Assembly: GCA_050294405.1 (NCBI GenBank)
Contig: JBNKOC010000028.1
Span: 288,001-352,000 of the forward strand
Length of the DNA stretch: 64,000 nt
DNA from: Fibrobacteria bacterium
GTDB lineage: Bacteria; Fibrobacterota; Fibrobacteria; UBA11236; JADFYW01
Direction of reading: 5' to 3'
Part shown: positions 9,478-19,064 of the stretch, in pieces
How the letters are laid out: every line of letters starts with the position of its first letter
How positions within the stretch are numbered: the stretch's first letter is position 1
The notes under the pieces: generated by a model
The model's database searches: none
Seen by the model: the letters and a program-made list of their open reading frames with translations, nothing else
What the model was told of the DNA's origin: nothing
Position numbers and translations under genes: made by a program

Positions 9478-10011
9478 TTAAGTATAAAAAATTGCCAAAC
9501 CGCTTTCTCCGTAATTTTTTATTTCACTGGGAGGCTTTACCCAGTTTGGCTGATTCCGGGTTGGAAATTGCACCAAAAAGACAGCATCTTTTGCAAGAAG
9601 CGCAGGTGCCAGGGTTAATATTTTTGAATAATCCATATCAAAGGGTGGGTCAGCAAATATAATATCAAATTTTAGGGAGGAGTTCTTGTTCTGCAAGCAA
9701 AAATCTGCACTGTCTTGTTGCTTGTAATGCAGTTTTTGCTGGGGGAATTTGGTCCCGTTTTCCCTCAACATTTGGAAAGCCTTTTTTTGAATTTCGACTA
9801 AATAGACCGAACTGGCCCCTTCGCTTAAGGCCTCAAAGCCCACAGCCCCCGTTCCTGCATATAGATCTAAAAACCGGGCTCCATTAACAGAACCACGCAA
9901 AATATTAAAAATGGCGGCTCGTAATTTGGCGGATGTGGGTCTGGTGTTTTTGTCGGGAGGGGATTTTAGCTTGTAACCTTTGAATTCACCCCCAGCAATG
10001 TATAAGGACAT
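9478..10011 (-). CDS. rsmD: 16S rRNA m2G966 methyltransferase RsmD
   Basis: TRPTS, AIFNIL, LDLYAGTGAVGFEALS, FADPPF; adjacent to coaD as usual. Confidence 0.93.
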   Translation of the reverse strand: MSLYIAGGEFKGYKLKSPPDKNTRPTSAKLRAAIFNILRGSVNGARFLDLYAGTGAVGFEALSEGASSVYLVEIQKKAFQMLRENGTKFPQQKLHYKQQDSADFCLQNKNSSLKFDIIFADPPFDMDYSKILTLAPALLAKDAVFLVQFPTRNQPNWVKPPSEIKNYGESGLAIFYT

Positions 10012-10024
10012 GGGGCAAATATAT

Positions 10025-10945
10025 TTATTTTACATAAAGAACCACATCCATGTTGGCAGCCATGGTGCCCTGCTGGGTAGCCTTAAGTGAGAATTTTAAA
10101 ATCCCCACATTGGATCGGGCCAAATGTAGTTTGTTTACAAAATTTTGGAATTCGCCATAATCGCAATTGGGGTCAGAGGCTTGGTAAATATAACGCTTGT
10201 AGCTGCCTAAATTGGATTTAGATTTGAGTTTGAGGTTGTCGAAATCAAGGCCGGAACCTTTAGCCACTTCTTTAAAACTGGACAGGTTTTTATTTAACTC
10301 GTCCAGTTTAATGCTGCGGTTGTCTTTGGATTTTGGAGCTGAAAGTTTTATGTGGCCGTAAAGGCTGAATTCTATTCCTAAATCTTTGGTTTCCAATGGC
10401 TTTACCATACCCGGTTTGGCGGATATGTATGGAACGCTCGTGAGCTTGTCTTTAAAGCTGTTGAAGGCTGGCTTGCCTTCCGCCATACCGTGGATATACA
10501 AATCCCCGGGAGTGGTTAAAATCAAATCCGTAAATCCAATATCCGGGGATGTTATGCTCTTAACATGGGCAAGGGTTTTTTTACATACGGCTAATTGAAA
10601 TTCAATTTTAGATGCCGGATTTAAATCTTTGTAAGTGGCGACTCTCGGTTTTTGCCGTTGCTCGTTTTCAATTTCTTTAACAATTTCTTCTACCGATTGA
10701 GAGATGACAACATCGGGTTTATATTCGGGTTTAGGTGGGATTGGTCCTTTGGACTGCAACGGCAATTGAGGGGCCGAAGGTTCGGGTGTGTACAAGCCTC
10801 TAACATAATATCCCACAATCACCGCAGTGGCAATGGCCACAGGTATTACAACTACAGCGGCTTTTTTACCTGAGGAGGTTTTTTCAGGGGGAAAGTATTC
10901 AGCTTCCACCTCTACCAAATCCTCCAACAGATTGAGCTTGATCAT
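10025..10945 (-). CDS. Type IV pilus/competence alignment protein, PilN-like with a PilO-like C-terminal domain
   Basis: Starts MIKLNLL (PilN INLL motif that binds PilM); single TM segment; directly downstream of and overlapping pilM. Confidence 0.6.
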   Translation of the reverse strand: MIKLNLLEDLVEVEAEYFPPEKTSSGKKAAVVVIPVAIATAVIVGYYVRGLYTPEPSAPQLPLQSKGPIPPKPEYKPDVVISQSVEEIVKEIENEQRQKPRVATYKDLNPASKIEFQLAVCKKTLAHVKSITSPDIGFTDLILTTPGDLYIHGMAEGKPAFNSFKDKLTSVPYISAKPGMVKPLETKDLGIEFSLYGHIKLSAPKSKDNRSIKLDELNKNLSSFKEVAKGSGLDFDNLKLKSKSNLGSYKRYIYQASDPNCDYGEFQNFVNKLHLARSNVGILKFSLKATQQGTMAANMDVVLYVK

Positions 10946-11892
10946 GACTTATCCCCCGCAAATCGAAGGGCCAGCCCAAGGGCTGTGGCGCACTGGGGAG
11001 CTGTTTCTAAAACCTTGTCCGCATATTCCGGATCATAGGGAAAATCTATGGATTTAAAGGCGTTCAACTTTTCTATTTCAATCTCAAATTCCTTTTCCAA
11101 CTCCTGGGAAAAATCAAAGTCCGCAGCCAGGTCTCCACAAAAATATACCTTATCAGGAACAACTGGACTGCCTTTTTCCATAAAGCCAGACTCAACCAAA
11201 ATTTTAATTTTGGGAACCATAACATTGATGATTTCTTGCCTTTCCTCCAACTCAGCTGCCACATATTCCTCGGGCATTCTTAAGCTTTCCATTTGCAGGA
11301 ATTGCCCGTTTTTGGTGTATATACATAATATGCTGTTGAGGTCTGCCTTAAGAAGAATGGTTTTTTTATCCAGATGTTCTGGATAATTAGCTTCAAAAGC
11401 GTTTATAGTGGCAGCAACATCAATATCTAAAACCGTTAGAGGAATATGGGGCCCACCGTCCAGAATGCGGACCATTTTTTCCACTTCAGCCTTGCGAAAA
11501 GCAGTGGCTATATATGCTGGATTTTCCTTAGTGGATTCAGAACTTGGGCTGTAGTCCAGGCTATAATGGCTAAGGGGGTCGTTTAAATATTGTTCCAGCT
11601 CCCATTTGATGGCTTCGCGGATATTTTTTTCATCACTAGGCAAAGCGATGTTGCGCAATACCGAAAACTCTCCGCTTAGAGCAGCCACGATTTCGGTTTT
11701 ATTGGCCTGTTTTTTTTCTTCCAGCCAGGCGAAAATTTTTTTCTTTAATTCTTTTTCGTTTTTCCATTCGGAAGGTTCGATAAATAATTTAGCCAGGGTT
11801 ATGACTTGTTTTTTAACCCGCGAATATTCCACCAGCTTGATAACGGACTTACCAACATCCAATCCCAATATATTTGCTTTTTTCTTAAACAT
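10942..11892 (-). CDS. pilM: Type IV pilus assembly protein PilM (actin-like)
   Basis: ILGLDVGKSVIKLVE, AIKWELEQY, VLDIDVAA..NA, C-terminal ATALGLALR. Confidence 0.85.
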   Translation of the reverse strand: MFKKKANILGLDVGKSVIKLVEYSRVKKQVITLAKLFIEPSEWKNEKELKKKIFAWLEEKKQANKTEIVAALSGEFSVLRNIALPSDEKNIREAIKWELEQYLNDPLSHYSLDYSPSSESTKENPAYIATAFRKAEVEKMVRILDGGPHIPLTVLDIDVAATINAFEANYPEHLDKKTILLKADLNSILCIYTKNGQFLQMESLRMPEEYVAAELEERQEIINVMVPKIKILVESGFMEKGSPVVPDKVYFCGDLAADFDFSQELEKEFEIEIEKLNAFKSIDFPYDPEYADKVLETAPQCATALGLALRFAGDKS

Positions 11893-11918
11893 TAATCCTG
11901 AGGGGAAAAAGGCCTGAG

Positions 11919-12500
11919 CTATTTCGCTGCTGGCAAAAGTTCCGCCTGTTCTAAAATCTTGGCTAATTTTTTAGGGCCAATTCCTTTCACTTTTAACAAA
12001 TCACTTTCTGACGAAAAAGAGCCATTTTGTGCACGGTATTTTAAAATGGCGCTCGCCAGCACGGGACCAATTCCTTTGATTTTTTCTAATTGTGCTTTAT
12101 CTGCCTTATTTAAATCAATCTTTTTACTTTTATTTTTGCTGAAATTTGGGTTATTTGTGTTTTTATCAGCAATATAAGTTTTAGAGGGCTGTTTTTCCCC
12201 ATCTATTTTCTTTGCACTGTCCTTTTCCGTAGACTCTGCAAGGGCTGCTTTCGTTTCCAAAATTTGAGTTTGGCCGGGCTCTTTATTTTTGCCACTGGTT
12301 TTTATCTGTTTTTGAGAAGATTTGAGTTCATGTGCGTTTGCCTCGGCCAATCTTTTTTTTGCCAACATAGGCTTTTTATCTAGGACCGGGGTTTCGACTT
12401 GGAATTTAGGCAGCCATTTGGCAACAAGTCCCACCAGCAATAGGGCAGCTACCACAGCCAGAATTTTTTTTTCGCCGGAGGAAAGCCAGCCCAGTTTCAT
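11919..12500 (-). CDS. comEA: ComEA-family helix-hairpin-helix DNA receptor
   Basis: N-terminal TM; IDLNKAD...LEKIKGIGPVLASAILKYR...DLLKVKGIGPKK. Confidence 0.9.
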   Translation of the reverse strand: MKLGWLSSGEKKILAVVAALLLVGLVAKWLPKFQVETPVLDKKPMLAKKRLAEANAHELKSSQKQIKTSGKNKEPGQTQILETKAALAESTEKDSAKKIDGEKQPSKTYIADKNTNNPNFSKNKSKKIDLNKADKAQLEKIKGIGPVLASAILKYRAQNGSFSSESDLLKVKGIGPKKLAKILEQAELLPAAK

Positions 12501-12505
12501 AAAAT

Positions 12506-14179
12506 TTATTTAGATAAGGTAGCCTGTTGGCTTCGGCTTTTTTCGGTCTGGTATTCCATGGCGCTTTTAACCAACTCGGCAAACATGGGCGATGGGGTCT
12601 TGAGGCTGGAAGTGAGCTCGGGGTGGAATTGAGATCCCATAAAAAAGCGATGATCTTTTAATTCCAAAATTTGCATAATCTGTTGGTTTTGAGCTCTTCC
12701 AGAAAAAACCAGTCCGTTTTTTTCAAGAATATCGATGTAATCTGGATTTACTTCATAGCGATGGCGAAAACGCTGACGCACTGATTTTTGATTTCCAAAA
12801 ATATGCTGGGCGCGGCTGCCTTCTTTGAGAATAACATCGTGCCCGCCTAAACGCATGGTTCCACCCTTTTGAAAAATCTTCTCTTGTTCGGGCAAAATTT
12901 TAACCACTGGGTGATTGAGCTTAATCTTTTCATCTTCCACTTCGGCCGTGTTGGCCCCGGTAAGGCCGCACATATTACGGGCATATTCCACAACGGCTAA
13001 CTGCATTCCGTAACAAATGCCTAAATAGGGTATGTTATTAACTCTGGCGTAATGGATAATGTTGATTTTCCCCTCAATGCCTCTGATACCAAAGCCGCCA
13101 GGTACTATTATTCCGTCCACATCTTTTAGCATTTCCTCAATTTTATTGGGGTCGATTTCGGCTTTTGAGGATTCAATCCATTTTATTTCCACCTTGCAGT
13201 CGTAATGGCCTTCGCAATGGGTAAGGGCTTCCACAATAGACGCATAACTGTCTTCCAGAGCCGTGTATTTTCCGCAAAGGGCAATGGTTACTATTTGGCG
13301 GGGTGTTTTCAAATTTCTTTTAATGGTGTGCACCCAACTGGTCCATTGGGCAAGTTTAGGGGGAGAGTAAATGCCCAGTTTTGTGTGCAACAGCTCTGTT
13401 AAGCCTTCTCTTTCATAAATAAGAGGAATTTCGTAAACGCTTTCCACATCCACTCCGGAAATTACCGCGTCGGGATGTATGTTACAGTAAGAAGCTACTT
13501 TTTCTTTAATGCCCCGGGTTAAAAATTCCTGGCAACGACCGATAATAATATCCGGTTCAATACCCATTTCGTTAAGCTGCCTTACGGACATTTGAGTGGG
13601 TTTGGATTTTTGTTCTCCTACGCCGCTGGGAACGGGAATATAAGTGAGGTGAATGTTAATAATGTTGTTTTCGCCTAAATCCCGCTTTAATTGGCGTAAA
13701 CTTTCAATATAAAATTGGTTCTCCAAATCACCCACTGTACCGCCCACTTCTATAATCAATACATCGGGTTTTTCCTCTTGTTCAATTTGGTAAAACCATT
13801 TTTTAATAACTTCGGTAACATGGGGGATAAACTGTACGGTTTTTCCTAAATAATCTCCGCGCCTTTCTTTATCCAGGATTTTTTTAAACACCTTCCCCAT
13901 AGTAAGGTTCCAGTTGCTTTTTGCTTGAATGTTAAGGAAGCGCTCGTAGTGGCCAAAATCCATATCCACTTCGCCGCCATCATCCAGCACAAAAACCTCA
14001 CCATGTTCAATGGGGTTCATTGTACCCGGATCGGTGTTTAAATAACCATCGCATTTAATGGGTACAACTTTCAGCCTATCGGATAATAAATTTCCAATGG
14101 AGGCTGTGGCAATACCTTTTCCCAAGCCGGATATAACTCCGCCAGTAACAACAATATACTTAGTAGGCCTGTTTTCCAT
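12506..14179 (-). CDS. pyrG: CTP synthase
   Basis: TGGVISGLGKG, DPGTMNP.EHGEVFV, GHYERF, glutaminase triad GICYGMQ and QFHPE, RHRYEVN. Confidence 0.97.
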   Translation of the reverse strand: MENRPTKYIVVTGGVISGLGKGIATASIGNLLSDRLKVVPIKCDGYLNTDPGTMNPIEHGEVFVLDDGGEVDMDFGHYERFLNIQAKSNWNLTMGKVFKKILDKERRGDYLGKTVQFIPHVTEVIKKWFYQIEQEEKPDVLIIEVGGTVGDLENQFYIESLRQLKRDLGENNIINIHLTYIPVPSGVGEQKSKPTQMSVRQLNEMGIEPDIIIGRCQEFLTRGIKEKVASYCNIHPDAVISGVDVESVYEIPLIYEREGLTELLHTKLGIYSPPKLAQWTSWVHTIKRNLKTPRQIVTIALCGKYTALEDSYASIVEALTHCEGHYDCKVEIKWIESSKAEIDPNKIEEMLKDVDGIIVPGGFGIRGIEGKINIIHYARVNNIPYLGICYGMQLAVVEYARNMCGLTGANTAEVEDEKIKLNHPVVKILPEQEKIFQKGGTMRLGGHDVILKEGSRAQHIFGNQKSVRQRFRHRYEVNPDYIDILEKNGLVFSGRAQNQQIMQILELKDHRFFMGSQFHPELTSSLKTPSPMFAELVKSAMEYQTEKSRSQQATLSK

Positions 14180-14249
14180 GGAAATCCCAATATCTAAAAA
14201 TCAAAATATACCTTTTCGCCCGCTTACATGGAGCGATTTCAACTTACCA

Positions 14250-14948
14250 TTAAACAATTTTAGTTAAATCCTCGACCACGTCTACTGATTGGCTTTGCTT
14301 TTTTGCCCATCGGGCCAGAGTTCTTGGCAGAGGCCAAATTCGAAGCATTTCATGAGATTCCTCAATCTCCCGTTTGGATGGGCCAGCCTTTAAATATTTG
14401 TGCAAAAAGTTTTTGGTGTAACCGTAAATGCCAGCTTGTGTGGCCGGTTTTCCAATCTGGTCGGGGGAACTGGTACTGGATATCTCCCGCTTATAGTCCA
14501 GCACATAATCTTTTGGGTCCAGAATAACTTTAACCCGGTTAGGATTTTTTAAGATGTCAGGGGTAGGGTTGCGGTGAACCAGAATTTGCACTTCGCAAAG
14601 AGCCGGATTTAAGTTTTTTGAGAAAGAAGTTAATTCCTCCACTGGAAAAAAAGGCTCATCTCCCTGCAGGTTTACAATAAGCTCAGATTTTAACAAATGA
14701 CAATATTGGGCTATTCGCTCTGTTCCGTTTAAAGCGCTGCCTGTAATTATTATCCTCACACCAAGTCCTTTTAATGCCTGAGAAATTTCCACCGAATCGG
14801 TCATGCAAACAATCTCATTAAAGCAATTTGCTTCAATGGCTCTGGAAACAGTATGAAAAATTAAGGCTTTACCCTTAATGGGGTGCAGCAACTTTTTTGG
14901 AAAACGACTGGAATTTACCCTTGCAGGTATAACGCAGCTTAGGTCCAT
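14250..14948 (-). CDS. kdsB: 3-deoxy-manno-octulosonate cytidylyltransferase (divergent)
   Basis: VIPARVNSSRFPKK, GTERI, VNLQGDEP, NPNRVKV, SVDVVEDL; upstream of pyrG. Confidence 0.8.
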   Translation of the reverse strand: MDLSCVIPARVNSSRFPKKLLHPIKGKALIFHTVSRAIEANCFNEIVCMTDSVEISQALKGLGVRIIITGSALNGTERIAQYCHLLKSELIVNLQGDEPFFPVEELTSFSKNLNPALCEVQILVHRNPTPDILKNPNRVKVILDPKDYVLDYKREISSTSSPDQIGKPATQAGIYGYTKNFLHKYLKAGPSKREIEESHEMLRIWPLPRTLARWAKKQSQSVDVVEDLTKIV

Positions 14949-14952
14949 AACA

Positions 14953-15240
14953 TTATTTTACAGTTTTGGGAATTGAAAAATGTCCGCTTTGCTTGGATGG
15001 GGCATTTTTAAAAGCTTGCTCGGCAGAAAGTGTTTCGCCAGGAACATCGGACCGCAGAGGTTTTTCACTTTCGTCAACCCTCATCATGGGTTCCACTCCC
15101 TCGGTGTCAATGTCTTTTAGTTTATCTAAGTATTCCACAAAATTTTCCATGGATGTGCGAATTTCTTCTGATTCCTGCTCCGATAAATTCAGTCGAGCCA
15201 GCTTGGCAATTTTTTGAAATTCTTCTTTTGATATTTCCAT
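14953..15240 (-). CDS. gatC: Asp/Glu-tRNA amidotransferase subunit C
   Basis: IAKLARL, IDTEGVEPM, LRSD, NAP...F.IPK. Confidence 0.93.
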   Translation of the reverse strand: MEISKEEFQKIAKLARLNLSEQESEEIRTSMENFVEYLDKLKDIDTEGVEPMMRVDESEKPLRSDVPGETLSAEQAFKNAPSKQSGHFSIPKTVK

Positions 15241-15282
15241 AACTATCCTGTGTTTCTTCTTAAATGTAAAATAGCTGTTCCC

Positions 15283-17484
15283 TTAATCCAAAAGGCTTAA
15301 TTTAGCGTATTTCACCATAAGTTTTCGGGCGACACCATCCCAAAATTTAACCACTAACTTGGAGTCTTCTCCAAAACCTTCCATTTTTACAACGATACCC
15401 TCACCGTATTTGGAGTGAAACACTTTTTGCCCCTGACGATAAGGAGAGCTGTTTTCAAAATTGTCGTAATCCGGAAATGGATCGGAATCCACTGCTTCGT
15501 AATGTATTCCTCCCATACGGTTTAAAGGCTTTGCAAATTGGGAAGAGCTTAACAAATGGGTCTCCATTAAATCTTTATTGGCTTCTTGAATAAAGCGAGA
15601 CACAGGGTTAGATACCTCCTGGCCCCACATTCGCCGATGTCGGCAATAGCTCATTTGCAGGTTTTTTTCTGCCCTGGTAACAGCTACATAAAAAAGACGT
15701 CTTTCTTCTTCAATGTTATCTTCGGATTGCCTGGTTAGAGGGAATAAATTTTCTTCCAGGCCGGTGAGATATACATTTGGGAATTCCAAGCCTTTGGCGC
15801 TGTGAACGGTCATAAGGGTTACAAATTGTCCTGCGGATTTTTGAGTGTCGGCATCGGTTAACAAAGAAATTTCCTGTAAGAAAGACTCCAGTGTTCCTTC
15901 TGGATTTCGGATTTCAAATTCTTCTGCGGCAGAAACCAGTTCTTCTATGTTTCCCAATCGGTCCAGGGATTCGTTGCTGCCTTCATTTTCCAAAAATTCG
16001 CGGTATCCCGATTCTTCAATTACAGATGTAACCAAATCAGAAACAGACATTTTATCGACATTATCCACCAGTTGCATTAACAAGTTTAAAAATGGCTCAA
16101 TTTTTTTGCTGACAGAGGATTTTATTTCCAATTCCTTATGCCTTAATAGGGATTCGTGGAGGGAAATTCCTTGTGAAAGAGCGAGGTCCACGAAGTATTC
16201 GATAGTTTTATCGCCAATTCCTCTTTTGGGAACATTAATTATCCTCCCCAGAGAAACGCTGTCTCTGGGATTGTTAATAACATGGAGGTATGCCAAAATA
16301 TCTTTTACTTCTTTTCTGTCGTAAAAGCGAATGCCCCCTACAATAACATAGGGAATTTGATGCATTCGCAGCTGATCTTCAAATACACGGGACTGGGCGT
16401 TGGTGCGATAAAAAATGGCGGTGTCCCGATTGGAGTGAATTTTTTCGTTTTTTATTTGGCTTACCACCCATTTGGCCTCGTCCAGGTCCGTTTCCTGCTC
16501 AAAAAGCCTTACCTTATCTCCAGGAGGATTATTGGTGAATACGTTTTTATCCAGACGTTCGGAGTTGTTTTTTATGACTGAAGAGGCCACCCCTAAGATA
16601 TTGGCCGAGGAGCGGTAATTTTCTTCCAGTTTTATTTTATTAGCATTGGGAAAAGACTTTTGAAAGTTTAATATGTTAGTAATATCGGCCCCTCTCCAGC
16701 CGTAAATACTTTGGTCTTCATCTCCCACTACGGTTAAATTATTGTGTTCCCCCAAAATCATTTTTACCAATTGGAATTGGGCTTTGTTAGTGTCCTGAAA
16801 CTCATCTATAAGGATGTACTGAATATGAGATTTGAAATGCTCTGTGACATCTGGATGTTCTTGAAATAACCTATAGGATTGGCAAATCAGGTCGTCAAAA
16901 TCCATTGCGTTGTTTTGAACCAAGCCTTCCTGATATTTGTAATATAAATAGCCTATTCGTTCTTCTTCCAGGCTTTCGGCATTTTGCCGGACATGCTTGG
17001 GCATTTTATTTTGATTTTTATAATCGCTTATTCTAAAACGCAATACATCAGGGGAGATTCCATTTTCTCCTTCGCCTTCCTGTTTTAAAAGTTTTTTTAT
17101 ATAGCGTTTTTGATCGTCCCTATCATAAATGGTGAATTTTGAATTGTAGCCCAATCTGTCTCCATAAATTCGCAGCACCTGGGCGCAAACAGAGTGAAAA
17201 GTGCCCAGCCAGCGCATGTCTATGGATTCGCCAAGGATTTTTTCCACCCTTTGTTTCATTTCTCCGGCGGCTTTGTTGGTGAAAGTTACCGCCATAATTT
17301 GAGAGGGATATATGTTTTTAGAACAAATAAGGGCTGCAATTTTGTAGGTCAAAACTCTTGTTTTGCCCGAACCTGCTCCTGCCAAAACCAATTGAGGTCC
17401 GTCAAAACCGGTAACTGCATTGTATTGGCTGGAATTGAGTTGTGATTTTAAGCTGGTAACATCAAATTGCATTTCGGTAAACAT
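15283..17484 (-). CDS. uvrD: ATP-dependent DNA helicase UvrD/PcrA
   Basis: LAGAGSGKT, TFTNKAA, DEFQDTN, VGDEDQSIYGWRGA, TVHSAKGLEF, EERRLFYVAVTRA, C-terminal Tudor-like domain. Confidence 0.95.
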   Translation of the reverse strand: MFTEMQFDVTSLKSQLNSSQYNAVTGFDGPQLVLAGAGSGKTRVLTYKIAALICSKNIYPSQIMAVTFTNKAAGEMKQRVEKILGESIDMRWLGTFHSVCAQVLRIYGDRLGYNSKFTIYDRDDQKRYIKKLLKQEGEGENGISPDVLRFRISDYKNQNKMPKHVRQNAESLEEERIGYLYYKYQEGLVQNNAMDFDDLICQSYRLFQEHPDVTEHFKSHIQYILIDEFQDTNKAQFQLVKMILGEHNNLTVVGDEDQSIYGWRGADITNILNFQKSFPNANKIKLEENYRSSANILGVASSVIKNNSERLDKNVFTNNPPGDKVRLFEQETDLDEAKWVVSQIKNEKIHSNRDTAIFYRTNAQSRVFEDQLRMHQIPYVIVGGIRFYDRKEVKDILAYLHVINNPRDSVSLGRIINVPKRGIGDKTIEYFVDLALSQGISLHESLLRHKELEIKSSVSKKIEPFLNLLMQLVDNVDKMSVSDLVTSVIEESGYREFLENEGSNESLDRLGNIEELVSAAEEFEIRNPEGTLESFLQEISLLTDADTQKSAGQFVTLMTVHSAKGLEFPNVYLTGLEENLFPLTRQSEDNIEEERRLFYVAVTRAEKNLQMSYCRHRRMWGQEVSNPVSRFIQEANKDLMETHLLSSSQFAKPLNRMGGIHYEAVDSDPFPDYDNFENSSPYRQGQKVFHSKYGEGIVVKMEGFGEDSKLVVKFWDGVARKLMVKYAKLSLLD

Positions 17485-17548
17485 CTAAACCATAATCCTT
17501 TAATAAAATTACACCCGAAATAGCGGGTGGGAGCTGCTTAAAAAATAC

Positions 17549-17604
17549 TTTCCTAAAATTTCTAGCGGAAGAATTTCTATGAGTTATTTTTCCTAAAATT
17601 TCTA
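17549..17604. repeat. 16-bp direct repeat TTTCCTAAAATTTCTA (two copies, 40-nt period)
   Basis: Exact copies at 17549-17564 and 17589-17604 in the ftsE-uvrD intergenic region. Confidence 0.75.
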
Positions 17605-17614
17605 AAATGCGACT

Positions 17615-18298
17615 TTAAATCAAATCCCGGTTTTGCAATTGACCGTGCTCTAGCATGAGATTTCGAAAATTTAGAGATTGAACCAGGCCCTGGTTGTGGG
17701 TGGCCATTAATACGGCGGTTCCCGAGGCATTGATATTTCTCAGTATGGATAAAATATCTTCTGCTGTTTTAGAATCGAGATTTCCCGTAGGTTCATCTGC
17801 AATGAGAATGTAGGGATCATTTACAATAGCACGGGCAATGCATACGCGCTGTTGCTCACCGCCGGATAATTCATGGGGATAGCTCAGGGCCTTGTGGGCA
17901 ATTCCACACTCTGCTAAAACTTTGTATACTTTTTCTTTAATAACTTTTATTGGTTCTCCGGCGATTCTAAGAGCAAAAGCCACATTTTCATAGGCATTTC
18001 TATCTCCCAGAAGTTTAAAATCCTGGAAAACAATGCCTAACTTTCTGCGTAACAATTGAATTTTAGAAGCAGGAGTTTCTCCGGAGCGATAGGTTAAATC
18101 CTGGTTAAAGCTGATTAGCACTTCACCGGAATCGGGCCTTTCATCCATGTATATCAGCTTGAGCAGGGTTGTTTTTCCTGCTCCACTGGGACCGGTTAAA
18201 AAGGTAAATTCCCCTTTTTCCAGGCGAAAGTGCACATCATTTAAGGCCTTCCAGCTCTTGTTGTAATATTTGTATACATGATTAAAAGCTATTAGCAT
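17615..18298 (-). CDS. ftsE: Cell-division ABC ATPase FtsE
   Basis: FLTGPSGAGKTTLLKLIY, LRRKLGIVFQDFKLL, LSGGEQQRV, ADEPTGNLD, MATH. Confidence 0.9.
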   Translation of the reverse strand: MLIAFNHVYKYYNKSWKALNDVHFRLEKGEFTFLTGPSGAGKTTLLKLIYMDERPDSGEVLISFNQDLTYRSGETPASKIQLLRRKLGIVFQDFKLLGDRNAYENVAFALRIAGEPIKVIKEKVYKVLAECGIAHKALSYPHELSGGEQQRVCIARAIVNDPYILIADEPTGNLDSKTAEDILSILRNINASGTAVLMATHNQGLVQSLNFRNLMLEHGQLQNRDLI

Positions 18299-18300
18299 GT

Positions 18301-19044
18301 CTATTTCATTAAAATATAATGAATTCGCTCGGAAGATTTTGAGATTTCTTCAAAGCCATAGTCAGCATAACGGGCCCAACTTTTAAAAGGGCTGTTTTTA
18401 ATTAATTCTTCCATCTGAGAATTAGAATAAATCCGTTGAACATGGGTTTCTTTTTTTCGGGAGTACAAATTGTTTTCTGTTTTGACAAAAAAGTTGAACT
18501 CATTGTATTGGATTTGGTTTTTAGAATCGTACCAGGATTCTCGAATTACAGTGGCTTCGTCATTTTCTTCGACAGATACTTCATCTTCAAAAAATGTAAG
18601 TGAATTGTATTCAGTGGTTGAATCAAAAATAAAGGCTCCGCCCTTTTCTAATAGATTATAAATTTCCGAAAAACACTGGCCTACATGTTCTTCTTCCAAT
18701 AAATAATTAATGGAATCGTACATCATGATGCATAAATCAAAGCTGTTTTTCTTAAAGGGAGAAAATTGGGCGTCACTTTGTACCAATCCCCGGATTTTTT
18801 GACCTTGACCAGCATAGCCCTTTAACATGGAATAAGCCAAATCGCTGCAAACAATATTTGAAAATTTTGAGAAAAGGTCTTGAGAAGAAAAGGAACAGGT
18901 CCCTGATGCCAGCTCTAGCATGTTTTTAGGTTTTAGATTGTGCTTTTCCCAAATGTTCTGCACATGCTGGGACCATTCTTCGTAATCCACATGTTCCATA
19001 ATCCAGTTGTAAAAACCGGATAAATGAGTATAGGCTTTGGACAT
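18301..19044 (-). CDS. Class I SAM-dependent methyltransferase
   Basis: VDYEEW, LELASGT, YDSINYL, GGAFIFD, H.QRIY. Confidence 0.85.
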   Translation of the reverse strand: MSKAYTHLSGFYNWIMEHVDYEEWSQHVQNIWEKHNLKPKNMLELASGTCSFSSQDLFSKFSNIVCSDLAYSMLKGYAGQGQKIRGLVQSDAQFSPFKKNSFDLCIMMYDSINYLLEEEHVGQCFSEIYNLLEKGGAFIFDSTTEYNSLTFFEDEVSVEENDEATVIRESWYDSKNQIQYNEFNFFVKTENNLYSRKKETHVQRIYSNSQMEELIKNSPFKSWARYADYGFEEISKSSERIHYILMK

Positions 19045-19064
19045 TTGGGGATGAGGAGAGGGTG

